Position numbers and translations under genes: made by a program. From Mycobacteriales bacterium (lineage in GTDB: Bacteria; Actinomycetota; Actinomycetes; Mycobacteriales; Geodermatophilaceae): a stretch of DNA of 64,000 bases. Within the stretch, counting starts at the first letter, position 1; each line of letters opens with the position of its first letter. The notes under the pieces were generated by a model. That model saw only the letters and a list, made by a program, of their open reading frames with translations, did not search any database and was not told where the DNA came from. Location: the NCBI GenBank assembly GCA_038256725.1, contig JBBSKB010000002.1:7469-71468 (forward strand), in the 5' to 3' direction. Below, one piece after another: positions 46,677 to 55,877 of the stretch.

Positions 46677-48986
46677 TCAGCGCCGCTCGAGACCGTCCAG
46701 CTCCGGCGGCAGCTCGTCCGGGTGCAGCACGCCGAGCCGCTGGGTCGCCCGGGTGAGGACGACGTAGAGGTCGTTCCAGCCGCGCACGCCCTCGGCGACG
46801 ATCGCGGCCGGGTCGACCACCAACACCGAGTCGAACTCCAGGCCCTTGGCCCCCTCCGGTGGCAGCACCACCGGCGCGTCGGCGCGGTCGGGGTCGGCCG
46901 GCAGCCGGGCGGCCACAGCCGCGGCCACCGAGTCCAGCCGGCTGCGCGGGACGAGCACCCCGAGGGTGCCCTCCTCCTTGTCGAACTCCAGCGCGGCCTC
47001 GGCGACCGCATCGGCCAGGTCCGCATCGGCGACCCGCCGCGCCCACGGGTGCACGCCGGTGGAGCGCACGGACGTCGCGGCCGCCGTGGGCGCGCCGGTC
47101 GCGGCCAGCACCTCGGTCGCCACGGCCATGATCTCGCTCGGCGTGCGGTAGTTGACCGTCAGCTCGGCCAGCTGCCAGGTGCGGCCCAGGTGCGGGTCGA
47201 GCACCTCGGCCCAGCTGGTCGCGCCGGCCAGCGTGCTGGTCTGCGCGACATCCCCGACCACGGTCATCGATCGGGTGGGGCAGCGGCGCAACAGCAGCCG
47301 CCAGGCCATCGCGGAGAGCTCCTGCGCCTCGTCGACGATGATGTGCCCGTAGGTCCAGGTGCGGTCCGCCGACGCCCGCTCGGCGGTGCTGCGGTAGTCG
47401 GTCTCCTCCTGCCGCTCGGCCAGCCCCTCGGCGTCGAGCAGGTCGCCGGCGAGCAGCTCCTCGGCCTCGTCCGGCGTCTCGGCGTCGGTCGAACGCGAGC
47501 CGTGCAGCATGTCCAGGGTCTCCTGGGCCTCGCGCAGCCGGTGCTGGCGGTCGCGCTCCTCCGCCCGGCGCTGCGCGGACTCGTCGATGCCGAGCAGCTC
47601 GTCGATCTCCTCGAGCAGCGGCACGTCGGCCGGCGTCCAGGGGGCGGAGGGTGCCCGGTGCAGCAGCGCCCGCTCGTCCGCGGTCAGCCCGGCCGCCACG
47701 GCGTCCAGCTGCCGGCGCGAGGCGAGCAGGTCGCGGAGCACCCGCTCGGCGGTGAGCCGGGGCCAGAGCCGGTCGATCAGGCCGTGCACCGCGGGCTCGG
47801 CGGAGACCTCGCGGCGCAGCGCGGCGACGTCGCCCGCGTCGAGCAGGTTGGCCCCGCCGAGCACGTTCTCGCCGAGCTTGTCGGCGTACTTGCGGGCCAG
47901 CACCTCGATCACGGTGCGCGCCGCCGCCGGCCGGGCCTCGTTGTGCACCCGTGAGGCCGACCGGGCCCGGCTGCGGACGCGGGCGGCGTCGGCCTTGGTG
48001 AAGCGCAGCGGGATGCCGTCGATCTCGATCTCGGCCGGGCGGTCGAGCACCGCCTGGCGCTGCTTCACCGCCGCGGCGACGACGTCGGCCATGACCAGGC
48101 GGCCCTTCACCTCCGCGACCTCCGGCGCCTCCGGCGCGTGCGCCTGCAGGCCCGGGCGCAGCCCGCCGATGTCGGCCAGGACGACGCCGGTCTCGCCGAG
48201 GGAGGGCAGCACGTCGGCGATGTAGCGCAGGAACGTGGGGGAGGGGCCGACGACGAGCAGCCCGCTGCGGGCCAGCCGCTCGCGGTGGGTGTAGAGCAGG
48301 TAGGCCGCCCGGTGCAGGGCGACGGCGGTCTTCCCGGTGCCCGGCCCGCCCTGGACGACGAGCACGCCGCGGACGTCGGCGCGGATGATCCGGTCCTGCT
48401 CGGCCTGGATGGTGCGGACGATGTCGGTCATCCGGCCGGTGCGCGAGGCGTTGAGCGCGGCGAGCAGCACCGACTCGCCGGCCAGCCCGCCACGGTCGGT
48501 GGTGCCGCCGTCGAGGGCGGCCGCGCTGATGTCCAGGGTCTCGTCGGCGACGCTGACCACGGTGCGGCCCCGGGTGCGGATGTGCCGGCGGCGGCGCACG
48601 CCCTCGTCGTGCAGCGGCGTCGCCGTGTAGAACGGCCGGGCGGCCGGGGCGCGCCAGTCGATCAGCAGCGGCTCCTCGGCGCCGTCGGCGAACAGCCCGA
48701 TCCGGCCGATGTAGCGGGGGATCTCCGACTCGTGCCGGTCCAGCCGGCCGAAGACCAGGCCGTGCTCCGCGGCGTCCAGGGCGACGATCCGGTGGGTGTG
48801 CAGCTCGACGGAGGCCTCGCGCTCGCCGACGGCCTGCGGGTTGTGCGGCACCATCGCCAGCGCGTCGTCGAGGCGGCCGACGCTGCGCGCACGCACCTCG
48901 TCCAGCCGGTCGAACAGCGCGGTCACGTAGGGCTGTTCCGCGGCGATCCCGGCGTCGGGGGCGTCCGCGGCTCGAGCTGTCGACAA
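46677..48986 (-). CDS. helD: HelD-family SF1 helicase-like RNA polymerase recycling factor
   Basis: IDWRAPAARPFY, DIVRTIQAEQD, GGPGTGKT, VDEAQEL, KGLEFD. Confidence 0.88.
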   Translation of the reverse strand: MSTARAADAPDAGIAAEQPYVTALFDRLDEVRARSVGRLDDALAMVPHNPQAVGEREASVELHTHRIVALDAAEHGLVFGRLDRHESEIPRYIGRIGLFADGAEEPLLIDWRAPAARPFYTATPLHDEGVRRRRHIRTRGRTVVSVADETLDISAAALDGGTTDRGGLAGESVLLAALNASRTGRMTDIVRTIQAEQDRIIRADVRGVLVVQGGPGTGKTAVALHRAAYLLYTHRERLARSGLLVVGPSPTFLRYIADVLPSLGETGVVLADIGGLRPGLQAHAPEAPEVAEVKGRLVMADVVAAAVKQRQAVLDRPAEIEIDGIPLRFTKADAARVRSRARSASRVHNEARPAAARTVIEVLARKYADKLGENVLGGANLLDAGDVAALRREVSAEPAVHGLIDRLWPRLTAERVLRDLLASRRQLDAVAAGLTADERALLHRAPSAPWTPADVPLLEEIDELLGIDESAQRRAEERDRQHRLREAQETLDMLHGSRSTDAETPDEAEELLAGDLLDAEGLAERQEETDYRSTAERASADRTWTYGHIIVDEAQELSAMAWRLLLRRCPTRSMTVVGDVAQTSTLAGATSWAEVLDPHLGRTWQLAELTVNYRTPSEIMAVATEVLAATGAPTAAATSVRSTGVHPWARRVADADLADAVAEAALEFDKEEGTLGVLVPRSRLDSVAAAVAARLPADPDRADAPVVLPPEGAKGLEFDSVLVVDPAAIVAEGVRGWNDLYVVLTRATQRLGVLHPDELPPELDGLERR

Positions 48987-49258
48987 GAGTGCCGCTTTCG
49001 GTCGGAGATGCAGAGGATCCCCGCGAGGGGCGCCGGTCGGGGCGGCCGCCCATTATGCGCGTGTGGCATCAGCGGCCGGAGGAGATGAGCAGCCGACCGG
49101 CGAGCTCGACCGGGCGGCCCAGCGCGGAGATCGTCACGGGGACGCGGACCACGACGGGTGACCCAACTCATCAGGTCGGGCGAGAGGCAACTCCGCGGAC
49201 ACCTCCACGACATCCGGTCTGCCTGGCGTCGGAACCGTCCGCGAGGGAGGAGAAGCCC

Positions 49259-49403
49259 ATGACCACCAGCAGCCCTCGAGCGGCCCGACACCCGGACCGC
49301 TCCCGACCGCGACACGCCCGACGCCACCTGGACGTGCGAGAACTGCCGTACCGAGACCCGCGCCGTCCGCAAGCGCTGCACCGACTGCGGGACGTCGCGC
49401 TAG
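49259..49403 (+). CDS. C4 zinc-finger microprotein needing a +1 frame change near its start
   Basis: GGAGGAG RBS + ATG 49259; +1 frame reads AALERPDT...WTCENCRTETRAVRKRCTDCGTSR*. Confidence 0.55.
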
Positions 49404-49410
49404 TGAGACC

Positions 49411-50181
49411 TCATGCGGTGGGCGGCTCCCCCCGGAGACGTACGACCGCGGCGCGGTAGCGGCGGGCTCCGGCCAGCCGCCAGGCCCACCGCTGCCATCG
49501 GGTCAGGCCGGCGAGCAGGCGGGCGCGGTCGCCGGCGCAGGAGTCCTCGAGCGCGAGGCCGAGCACGAGCCACCGCTCGCGGCGGCTCAGCCGGCAGGAG
49601 GTGGCCGCGGTGACGGCCGACCACCGGGCGGCGTCGAGGTGCGCGTCCAGCAGGGGGAGCAGGACGCGCTCCTCGTCGCCGGTGTGCGCGTCGACGGCCT
49701 CGGCGAGCCGGAGGCAGCCCCGCGCCAGGACGTCGCGGGCCGCTGCCGTGCCGGTCACCTCCCACTGGCGGGCGGCGGTGGCGAGGTCGCGCATCGCGGA
49801 GTCGATGCGGGCGGCCCGCACCGTCCAGCCCGCGACGGTGTCGCGCAGCTGCGCCTCGGACCGCGCGGGAACGGCGTCCAGCAGCGCCGGCCACAGCGCC
49901 TCGCGTTCGCACCGGTGGTGGGCCAGCAGCAACCGGGAGACCAGGTCGGCGTGCCCGGTGAGGGCGCAGGTGCGGGCGGGCTCGGCGGGGGGAGCCCAGG
50001 CGAGCAACCCGGCGAGCAGCCGCAGCTCGCGGCGCTCCACCCGGTGCATCACCCGCTGGTAGGCGGCGGCGCGGCCGTCGGGTGCGGGTGCAGCCGCCGG
50101 AGGGCCGGGCGGGAGATCGTCGGCGGGCGAGCGCGGCACCGGGACGACGGCGGTGGCGGTGCCGGCGTGGACAGCGGTCAT
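49411..50181 (-). CDS. Hemerythrin-like (HHE) protein
   Basis: MHRVERREL, HHRCEREALWP, HTGDEERVLLP. Confidence 0.75.
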   Translation of the reverse strand: MTAVHAGTATAVVPVPRSPADDLPPGPPAAAPAPDGRAAAYQRVMHRVERRELRLLAGLLAWAPPAEPARTCALTGHADLVSRLLLAHHRCEREALWPALLDAVPARSEAQLRDTVAGWTVRAARIDSAMRDLATAARQWEVTGTAAARDVLARGCLRLAEAVDAHTGDEERVLLPLLDAHLDAARWSAVTAATSCRLSRRERWLVLGLALEDSCAGDRARLLAGLTRWQRWAWRLAGARRYRAAVVRLRGEPPTA

Positions 50182-50411
50182 GCGGGACCTCGCGGGAGGT
50201 TCGGGCCTGGCCCCGGGCGGCGCCGGGGCACGACGCGGCGAGAGTAGCGGCGGCCGGCACCGCCGCGACAGGGACTTCCGACACCGCTGGGCAAGGCCAC
50301 CGCGCGGACCGGTGCGCGGCGTCCGGCCGTGCCCGGGAACTGACCGGCGGTGACCGTTCCCCGAACGGCGAGGCGCAGACACCCCGGGTCCGCTGACCTA
50401 GGGTTCGCCCC

Positions 50412-51212
50412 GTGGAGACTGTGCTGCAGCGGAACAACGTGCGTACCGGCGGGACACCGGACGGCCGGCCGATGATGTTCGCCCACGGGTTCGGCTGCGA
50501 CCAGCAGATGTGGCGCTTCGTCGTCCCGGCGTTCGAGGACGACCACCGGATCGTGCTGTTCGACCACGTCGGTGCCGGCAATTCCGACCTGGCCGCCTAC
50601 GACCGCGCGACCTACGGCTCGCTGCGCGGTTACGCCGACGACGTGGTGGCGATCTGCCGCGAGCTCGAGCTCCGCGACGTCGTCTTCGTGGGGCACTCGG
50701 TCAGCGCGATGATCGGCGTCCTGGCGCAGCAGGCGGCCCCCGAGCTCTTCGGCGCCCTGGTGATGATCGGGCCGAGCCCCCGGTACGTCGACGAAGGCGA
50801 CTACACCGGCGGGTTCAGCCGCACCGACATCGCCGGCCTGCTCGACGCCCTGGACGCCAACCACCTCGGGTGGTCGGCGCAGATGGCGCCGGTGATCATG
50901 GGGGTGCCCGACCACCCGGAGTACGCCGAGGAGCTCACCAACAGCTTCTGCCGCACCGATCCGGACATCACCCGGCACTTCGCCCGCGTGACCTTCCTGT
51001 CGGACAACCGCGCCGACCTGGCGGACGTCGACATCCCGGCGTTGGTCCTGCAGTGCAAGGACGACGTCATCGCCCCCGAGGTGGTCGGCCGCTACGTGCA
51101 CGAGCACATCCCCGGCAGCACGTTCACCCAGCTCGCCGCGACCGGCCACTGCCCGCACCTGAGCGCGCCGGAGGAGACGGCTGCCGCGATCCGGGCGTTC
51201 CTGCCGGGGTGA
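50412..51212 (+). CDS. rsbQ: RsbQ-type alpha/beta hydrolase
   Basis: AHGFGCDQQMW, GHSVSAMIG, PSPRY, GHCPHLSAP. Confidence 0.88.
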   Translation: METVLQRNNVRTGGTPDGRPMMFAHGFGCDQQMWRFVVPAFEDDHRIVLFDHVGAGNSDLAAYDRATYGSLRGYADDVVAICRELELRDVVFVGHSVSAMIGVLAQQAAPELFGALVMIGPSPRYVDEGDYTGGFSRTDIAGLLDALDANHLGWSAQMAPVIMGVPDHPEYAEELTNSFCRTDPDITRHFARVTFLSDNRADLADVDIPALVLQCKDDVIAPEVVGRYVHEHIPGSTFTQLAATGHCPHLSAPEETAAAIRAFLPG

Positions 51213-53494
51213 GGGTGTCCAGACTGTGGTCCGCCGGGGGGTCGGACCCGGACGAGTACGGCCGGCTGGACGGGCTGCTCGAGGACGACCCCGCCGATCT
51301 CTACGAGAACGCGCCGATGGGTTACCTGTCGACGATGCCCGACGGCCGCATCGTGAAGGTCAACCGCACGTTCTGCTCCTGGATCGGCCGGTCCGCCGAG
51401 GAGGTGCTGGGCGCGCGCTTCCAGGACCTGCTGAGCATCGGCGGACGGGTCTACTACGAGACGCACCTGGTGCCCCTGCTGCGCATGCAGGGGGCGGTGC
51501 AGGAGATCGCGCTGGACCTGCTGCGCGCCGACGGGACGGTGCTGTCCTGCCTGGCCAACGCCGTGGAGCTCCGGGGCGATGACGGCGCGCCGCTGCTGAT
51601 CCGGGCCACGGTCTTCGACGCGACCGCCCGCCGCCGGTACGAGCGCGAGCTGCTGGCCGCACAGCAGGCCGCGGAGGAGTCGGAGCTCCGCTCGGTCACC
51701 CTCCAGCGGGTGGTCTCCGACCTGGCGGCCGCGCTCTCGGTCGAGGACGTCGCAACGGTCATCGTCGAGCACAGCTGCGAGGCGCTGCAGGCCCGGGGCG
51801 CGGCGCTGGTGCTGGTCGAGGCCGATCTGCACGATCCCGACGCGCCGCCCGCGCTGCGGCCGGTCCGGTCGGTCGGGCTGCCGGAGACCCTGCTGCCGGA
51901 GCTGCGCGACGCCGCGGGCAGCCGGCTGGCCGTGGAGCTGGCGCGCGGCGTGCGCTCGATCGTGCTCGGCGACCGCTTGCGGGTCGACCAGCCCTCGCTG
52001 TCGGCGGCCATGACCGCTTCGGCCCTGACGGAGCTGGTGGTGGTGCCGGTGACCGCCGACGGCCGGCGGCTCGGCGTGCTCGTCCTCGCGCGCGGCGAGA
52101 ACGCCGGCGACCTGATCAGCCTCGACGAGCCGGGGGAGGTCCGGGAACTCGGCACCGTCGAGGTCAACCTGATCTGGACCCTGGGCCGGCAGGCCGGGCA
52201 GGCTCTGGAGCGGGCGCGGCTGCACGAGGAGACGGCGCGCCAGGCCGAGCGGGCCGCCTTCCTGCTCGAGGCCGCGCGGTTGCTGGCGGGTGCCGCCGAC
52301 GTGTCGGAGATCGTGGACCGGCTGGCCACGCTCGTCGTGACCGGGTTGGCAGACGTCTGCATCGTCGACCTGGACACGGACGAGGGGCTGACCCGCCCCG
52401 CGGTACGGCACCGCGATCCGGGGCAGGCGCACGTCGTCGAGGAACTGCGTACCCGTCACCTCCCGCGCCGGTCGACCTCCCATCCCAGCGCGCGGGCGTT
52501 GCGTACCGGCAGCACCGAGTGGATCCGGACGGTCGACGAGGAGTTCCTTCGGGCGATCGCCTCGGACGACCAGCACCTGGGGGTGTTGCGCGCGTTGGAT
52601 CTGTCGTCGCTCGTGGCCGTGCCGCTGACCTCCGAGGGGCGGCACCTGGGCGTGCTGACGATTGCCACCAACCGCGCGCGTGGACCGTTCACGAGCGCCG
52701 ACGTCGAGGTGGCCACGCAGCTCGCCCTCCAGCTGGGGCTCGTCGTGGCCAAGGCCCAGCGGTACGACCTCGCCGTCCGGACCTCGCACGTCCTTCAGGT
52801 GAACCTGCTCCCCCCGCCGCCGCCCTCGGTGGACGGGCTCGCGGTGGCGGTGCGCTACCTGGCGGCCACGCGGGGCGTGGAGATCGGTGGCGACTTCTAC
52901 GACGTCATCCGACTGCCCAGTGGCGAGGTCGGCCTCGCGGTGGGTGACGTGGTGGGTCACGACATCACCGCGGCGGCGACCATGGGGCAGCTGCACAGCG
53001 TCTACCGGGCGCTGCTCGCCGACGGGCCGGCGCCCGCCGCGGTGATCGACAGGCTGCAGACGGGCTGGCCGCTGCTGGGCCTGCAGCGGATGGCGACGGC
53101 GCTGTTCGCCACCCTGGACCCGGCGTCGGGCCGGCTGCGGATCGCCTCCGCCGGGCACCCGCCGCCGGTGCTGCTCGTCGACGGCCGCGCGTCGTTCCTG
53201 CCGGTGCCGCCCAGCCGGATGCTCGGCGCCCCGCCGTCGGTCGCCGACGAGTGGATCGGCATGCTGCCCGAGGGCGCCAGCCTGATCCTGTTCACCGACG
53301 GCCTCGTCGAGAGCCGCTCGGCCGACATCGACGAGGGGTTCGCCCTGCTCCTGGCCGCCGCCTCCTCGGCGGGGACGTCGGACCCGGGCGCCCTCTGCGA
53401 CCACCTGCTGGCCGAGCTGACCGGGGCGCACCGCGCCGACGACATCGCCCTGCTGGTCCTCACCCGCGCCCCCCGCTGGGATCAGGGCACCTGA
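51209..53494 (+). CDS. RsbP-like PAS-GAF-GAF-PP2C (SpoIIE) phosphatase
   Basis: PAS (LYENAPMGY...YETH), GGDFYD, GDVVGH, AGHPPP, FTDGL, DDIALL; GTGA overlap with rsbQ. Confidence 0.9.
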   Translation: MRVSRLWSAGGSDPDEYGRLDGLLEDDPADLYENAPMGYLSTMPDGRIVKVNRTFCSWIGRSAEEVLGARFQDLLSIGGRVYYETHLVPLLRMQGAVQEIALDLLRADGTVLSCLANAVELRGDDGAPLLIRATVFDATARRRYERELLAAQQAAEESELRSVTLQRVVSDLAAALSVEDVATVIVEHSCEALQARGAALVLVEADLHDPDAPPALRPVRSVGLPETLLPELRDAAGSRLAVELARGVRSIVLGDRLRVDQPSLSAAMTASALTELVVVPVTADGRRLGVLVLARGENAGDLISLDEPGEVRELGTVEVNLIWTLGRQAGQALERARLHEETARQAERAAFLLEAARLLAGAADVSEIVDRLATLVVTGLADVCIVDLDTDEGLTRPAVRHRDPGQAHVVEELRTRHLPRRSTSHPSARALRTGSTEWIRTVDEEFLRAIASDDQHLGVLRALDLSSLVAVPLTSEGRHLGVLTIATNRARGPFTSADVEVATQLALQLGLVVAKAQRYDLAVRTSHVLQVNLLPPPPPSVDGLAVAVRYLAATRGVEIGGDFYDVIRLPSGEVGLAVGDVVGHDITAAATMGQLHSVYRALLADGPAPAAVIDRLQTGWPLLGLQRMATALFATLDPASGRLRIASAGHPPPVLLVDGRASFLPVPPSRMLGAPPSVADEWIGMLPEGASLILFTDGLVESRSADIDEGFALLLAAASSAGTSDPGALCDHLLAELTGAHRADDIALLVLTRAPRWDQGT

Positions 53495-53559
53495 TCTTCG
53501 GGTGTCCTTCCTCACGGCACACGGTGAAGGAGGAGGCTCGGCGGTGAGGGAGGACGTCG
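53492..53559. repeat. REP-like palindromic element, copy 2
   Basis: Aligns without gaps to 32921-32988. Confidence 0.75.
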
Positions 53560-53650
53560 AACATCACGGTGGATGTTCCCCTCCGGGCGCGCAGGAGGGC
53601 GGGGCGCCCTGTACAACCGAGGCAGGAGTCCGCATCGAGCTGGGAGTGGC

Positions 53651-54811
53651 ATGACCAACCCGTTGACACTGGCGCCGGCACCCCGGTCCGAGGCGGCCGA
53701 GCGGGTGCGCGGCGAGGTGCGCGACTTCCTCGCCGAGGAGCTGGCCGCCGGCACCTTCAGCACGCACGTCGACACCTGGCTGTCCGGCGTGGACCCGGAG
53801 TTCTCCCGCAAGCTGGGCGCGCGCGGCTGGCTGGGCATGACCTGGCCGAAGCAGTACGGCGGCCACGAGCGCACGGCGATGGAGCGCTACGCCGTCACCG
53901 AGGAGCTGCTGGCCGCCGGGGCACCGGTCGCCGCGCACTGGATCGCCGACCGGCAGTCCGGTCCCAACCTGCTGCAGTACGGCACCGAGGCGCAGCGGCG
54001 CGAGATCCTGCCGCGCATCGCCCGCGGCGAGTGCTACTTCGTGATCGGCATGAGCGAGCCGGACTCCGGCTCCGACCTCGCCTCGATCCGCACGAAGGCG
54101 GTCCGGAACGAGGCCGGCGACTGGGTGGTCAACGGCGCCAAGGTCTGGACGTCGAATGCGCACGCCTCGCACTACGGGATCGTGCTCGTGCGCACCGCGC
54201 CGGTGGACACGGCGAACCGGCACGCGGGCATGTCCCAGCTGCTGATCGACCTGTCGCTGCCGGGCATCACGATCAACCCGATCCGCATCCTCGACGGCGG
54301 CCACCACTTCAACGAGGTGGTCTTCGAGGACGTCGTCGTCCCGGGGGACATGCTGCTGGGCACCGAGGGCGACGGCTGGCACCAGGTGACCGCCGAGCTC
54401 GCGTTCGAGCGGTCCGGGCCCGAGCGGTTCCTGTCGACCTATCCGCTCGTCGCCGAGTTCGGACGTCGGGTCGTCGACTCGGGCGACCCGGCCGCGCTGG
54501 CGGTGCTCGGCCGGCTGTCGGCCCGCGTGCTGGCGCTGCGCCAGATGTCGCTGCGGATCGCGGCAGCCCTGGACCGCGGCGAGCTGCCGAACATCCCCGC
54601 AGCCCTGGTCAAGGACGTCGGGACGACGTTCGAGGCCGACGTGATCGACGAGATCCGGAGCGTGGTCGACGTGCTGCCCTCGCTCGACTCGCCCGACCCG
54701 CTGGCGCGGGCGCTGGCCGAGGCGCAGCTGCACGCTCCCGGCTACACGCTGCGCGGCGGAACCAACGAGATCCTGAGAGGGATCGTGGCACGGGGATTGG
54801 GCCTGCGATGA
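53651..54811 (+). CDS. Acyl-CoA dehydrogenase
   Basis: MSEPDSGSDLAS, NGAKVWTS, GGTNEILR. Confidence 0.93.
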   Translation: MTNPLTLAPAPRSEAAERVRGEVRDFLAEELAAGTFSTHVDTWLSGVDPEFSRKLGARGWLGMTWPKQYGGHERTAMERYAVTEELLAAGAPVAAHWIADRQSGPNLLQYGTEAQRREILPRIARGECYFVIGMSEPDSGSDLASIRTKAVRNEAGDWVVNGAKVWTSNAHASHYGIVLVRTAPVDTANRHAGMSQLLIDLSLPGITINPIRILDGGHHFNEVVFEDVVVPGDMLLGTEGDGWHQVTAELAFERSGPERFLSTYPLVAEFGRRVVDSGDPAALAVLGRLSARVLALRQMSLRIAAALDRGELPNIPAALVKDVGTTFEADVIDEIRSVVDVLPSLDSPDPLARALAEAQLHAPGYTLRGGTNEILRGIVARGLGLR

Positions 54812-55866
54812 CGACAGCGAGCGATCAGGACCTGGTGGTCGAGACAGTCCGAGGGCTGCTGACGCGGCACGAGCCGTTCGACCCGACGCCGGACCGCCGG
54901 TGGGACGCCGGTCTGTGGAGCGCGCTGGCCGAGAACGGGCTGACCGGGGTCGGGCTGCCCGAGTCCGCGGGCGGGTCCGGTGGCGAGCTGGCCGACGCGG
55001 TGGCGATCGTGCGCACGCTGGCCTCCGGCGCGGGCGCGGTGCCGGTGGCCGAGCAGCTGCTGGTGGCCGGCCCCGCCGTGATCGCGGCCGGTCTGCCGCT
55101 GCCGCCGGTCGACGAGCCGCTCACCTTCGGGCATGCCGAGGGCGTCCGGGCGATGCCGGCCGGCGATTCGTGGACGCTCACCGGGACGGTCGCGGACGTC
55201 CCGTGGGGCGCCACGGCTGCGCACATGGCGCTGCTCGCGACCGGCCCGGACGGTGCCGTGCTCGCGCTGCTGCCGACGGCCGGGCTGCCGGCGTCGGGCG
55301 CGGTGAACCTCGCGGGTGAGCCGCGGTCCACGCTCGAGCTGGACGGCGTCGCTGCCATGGCCGCGCCGCTGAACGCGGCGCAGGTGCGCGAGCTGCGGGC
55401 CGGCTACGCGCTGGCGCGGTCGGTGCAGCTGACCGCTGCGCTGGAGCAGGTGCTGGCCTGGACGGTGCAGTACGCGGGGGAGCGGCAGCAGTTCGGCCGG
55501 TCGCTGGCGAAGTTCCAGGCCATCCAGATGGAGCTCGCGGAGATGGCCGGCGAGGTGACGGCGGTGACCGCGCTGACCGACGCCGCGGTGCAGGCGCTGC
55601 ACCACGGCTCCGACGACTTCTGGCTGGCGGCCGCGGCGGCGAAGGTGCGGGCGGGCGCGGCGGTCGAGGTCGTCGCGCGGCTGGCGCACCAGGTGCACGG
55701 CGCGATCGGCTTCACCCAGGAGCACAAGCTGCACCACCTGACCAAACGGCTGTGGTCGTGGCGGGACGAGGCCGGCAGCGAGCTGGTCTGGTCGAAGGTG
55801 CTCGCGCAGGGTCTGCTCGCCGACGGCCCGGACGGGCTCTGGCCCGCGCTCACCCGGGTGGTCTGA
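54808..55866 (+). CDS. Acyl-CoA dehydrogenase, short partner subunit
   Basis: RQQFGRSLAKFQAIQ, HQVHGAIGFT; ATGA coupling. Confidence 0.88.
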   Translation: MTTASDQDLVVETVRGLLTRHEPFDPTPDRRWDAGLWSALAENGLTGVGLPESAGGSGGELADAVAIVRTLASGAGAVPVAEQLLVAGPAVIAAGLPLPPVDEPLTFGHAEGVRAMPAGDSWTLTGTVADVPWGATAAHMALLATGPDGAVLALLPTAGLPASGAVNLAGEPRSTLELDGVAAMAAPLNAAQVRELRAGYALARSVQLTAALEQVLAWTVQYAGERQQFGRSLAKFQAIQMELAEMAGEVTAVTALTDAAVQALHHGSDDFWLAAAAAKVRAGAAVEVVARLAHQVHGAIGFTQEHKLHHLTKRLWSWRDEAGSELVWSKVLAQGLLADGPDGLWPALTRVV

Positions 55867-55877
55867 GCAGCCAGGGG

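Noticed and set aside
48987-49100. helD as rifamycin-resistance helR
   Set aside because: No rifamycin-associated element palindrome seen upstream; treated as housekeeping HelD
49165-49235. SAM-I, SAM/SAH or ZTP riboswitch (CTCATC...GGCAAC; CCTGGCGTC)
   Set aside because: Only fragments match, core helices are missing, and the downstream gene is unrelated
49259-49459. 66-aa ORF in the ATG frame
   Set aside because: Atypical codons, overlaps the convergent gene; the +1 frame carries the real motif
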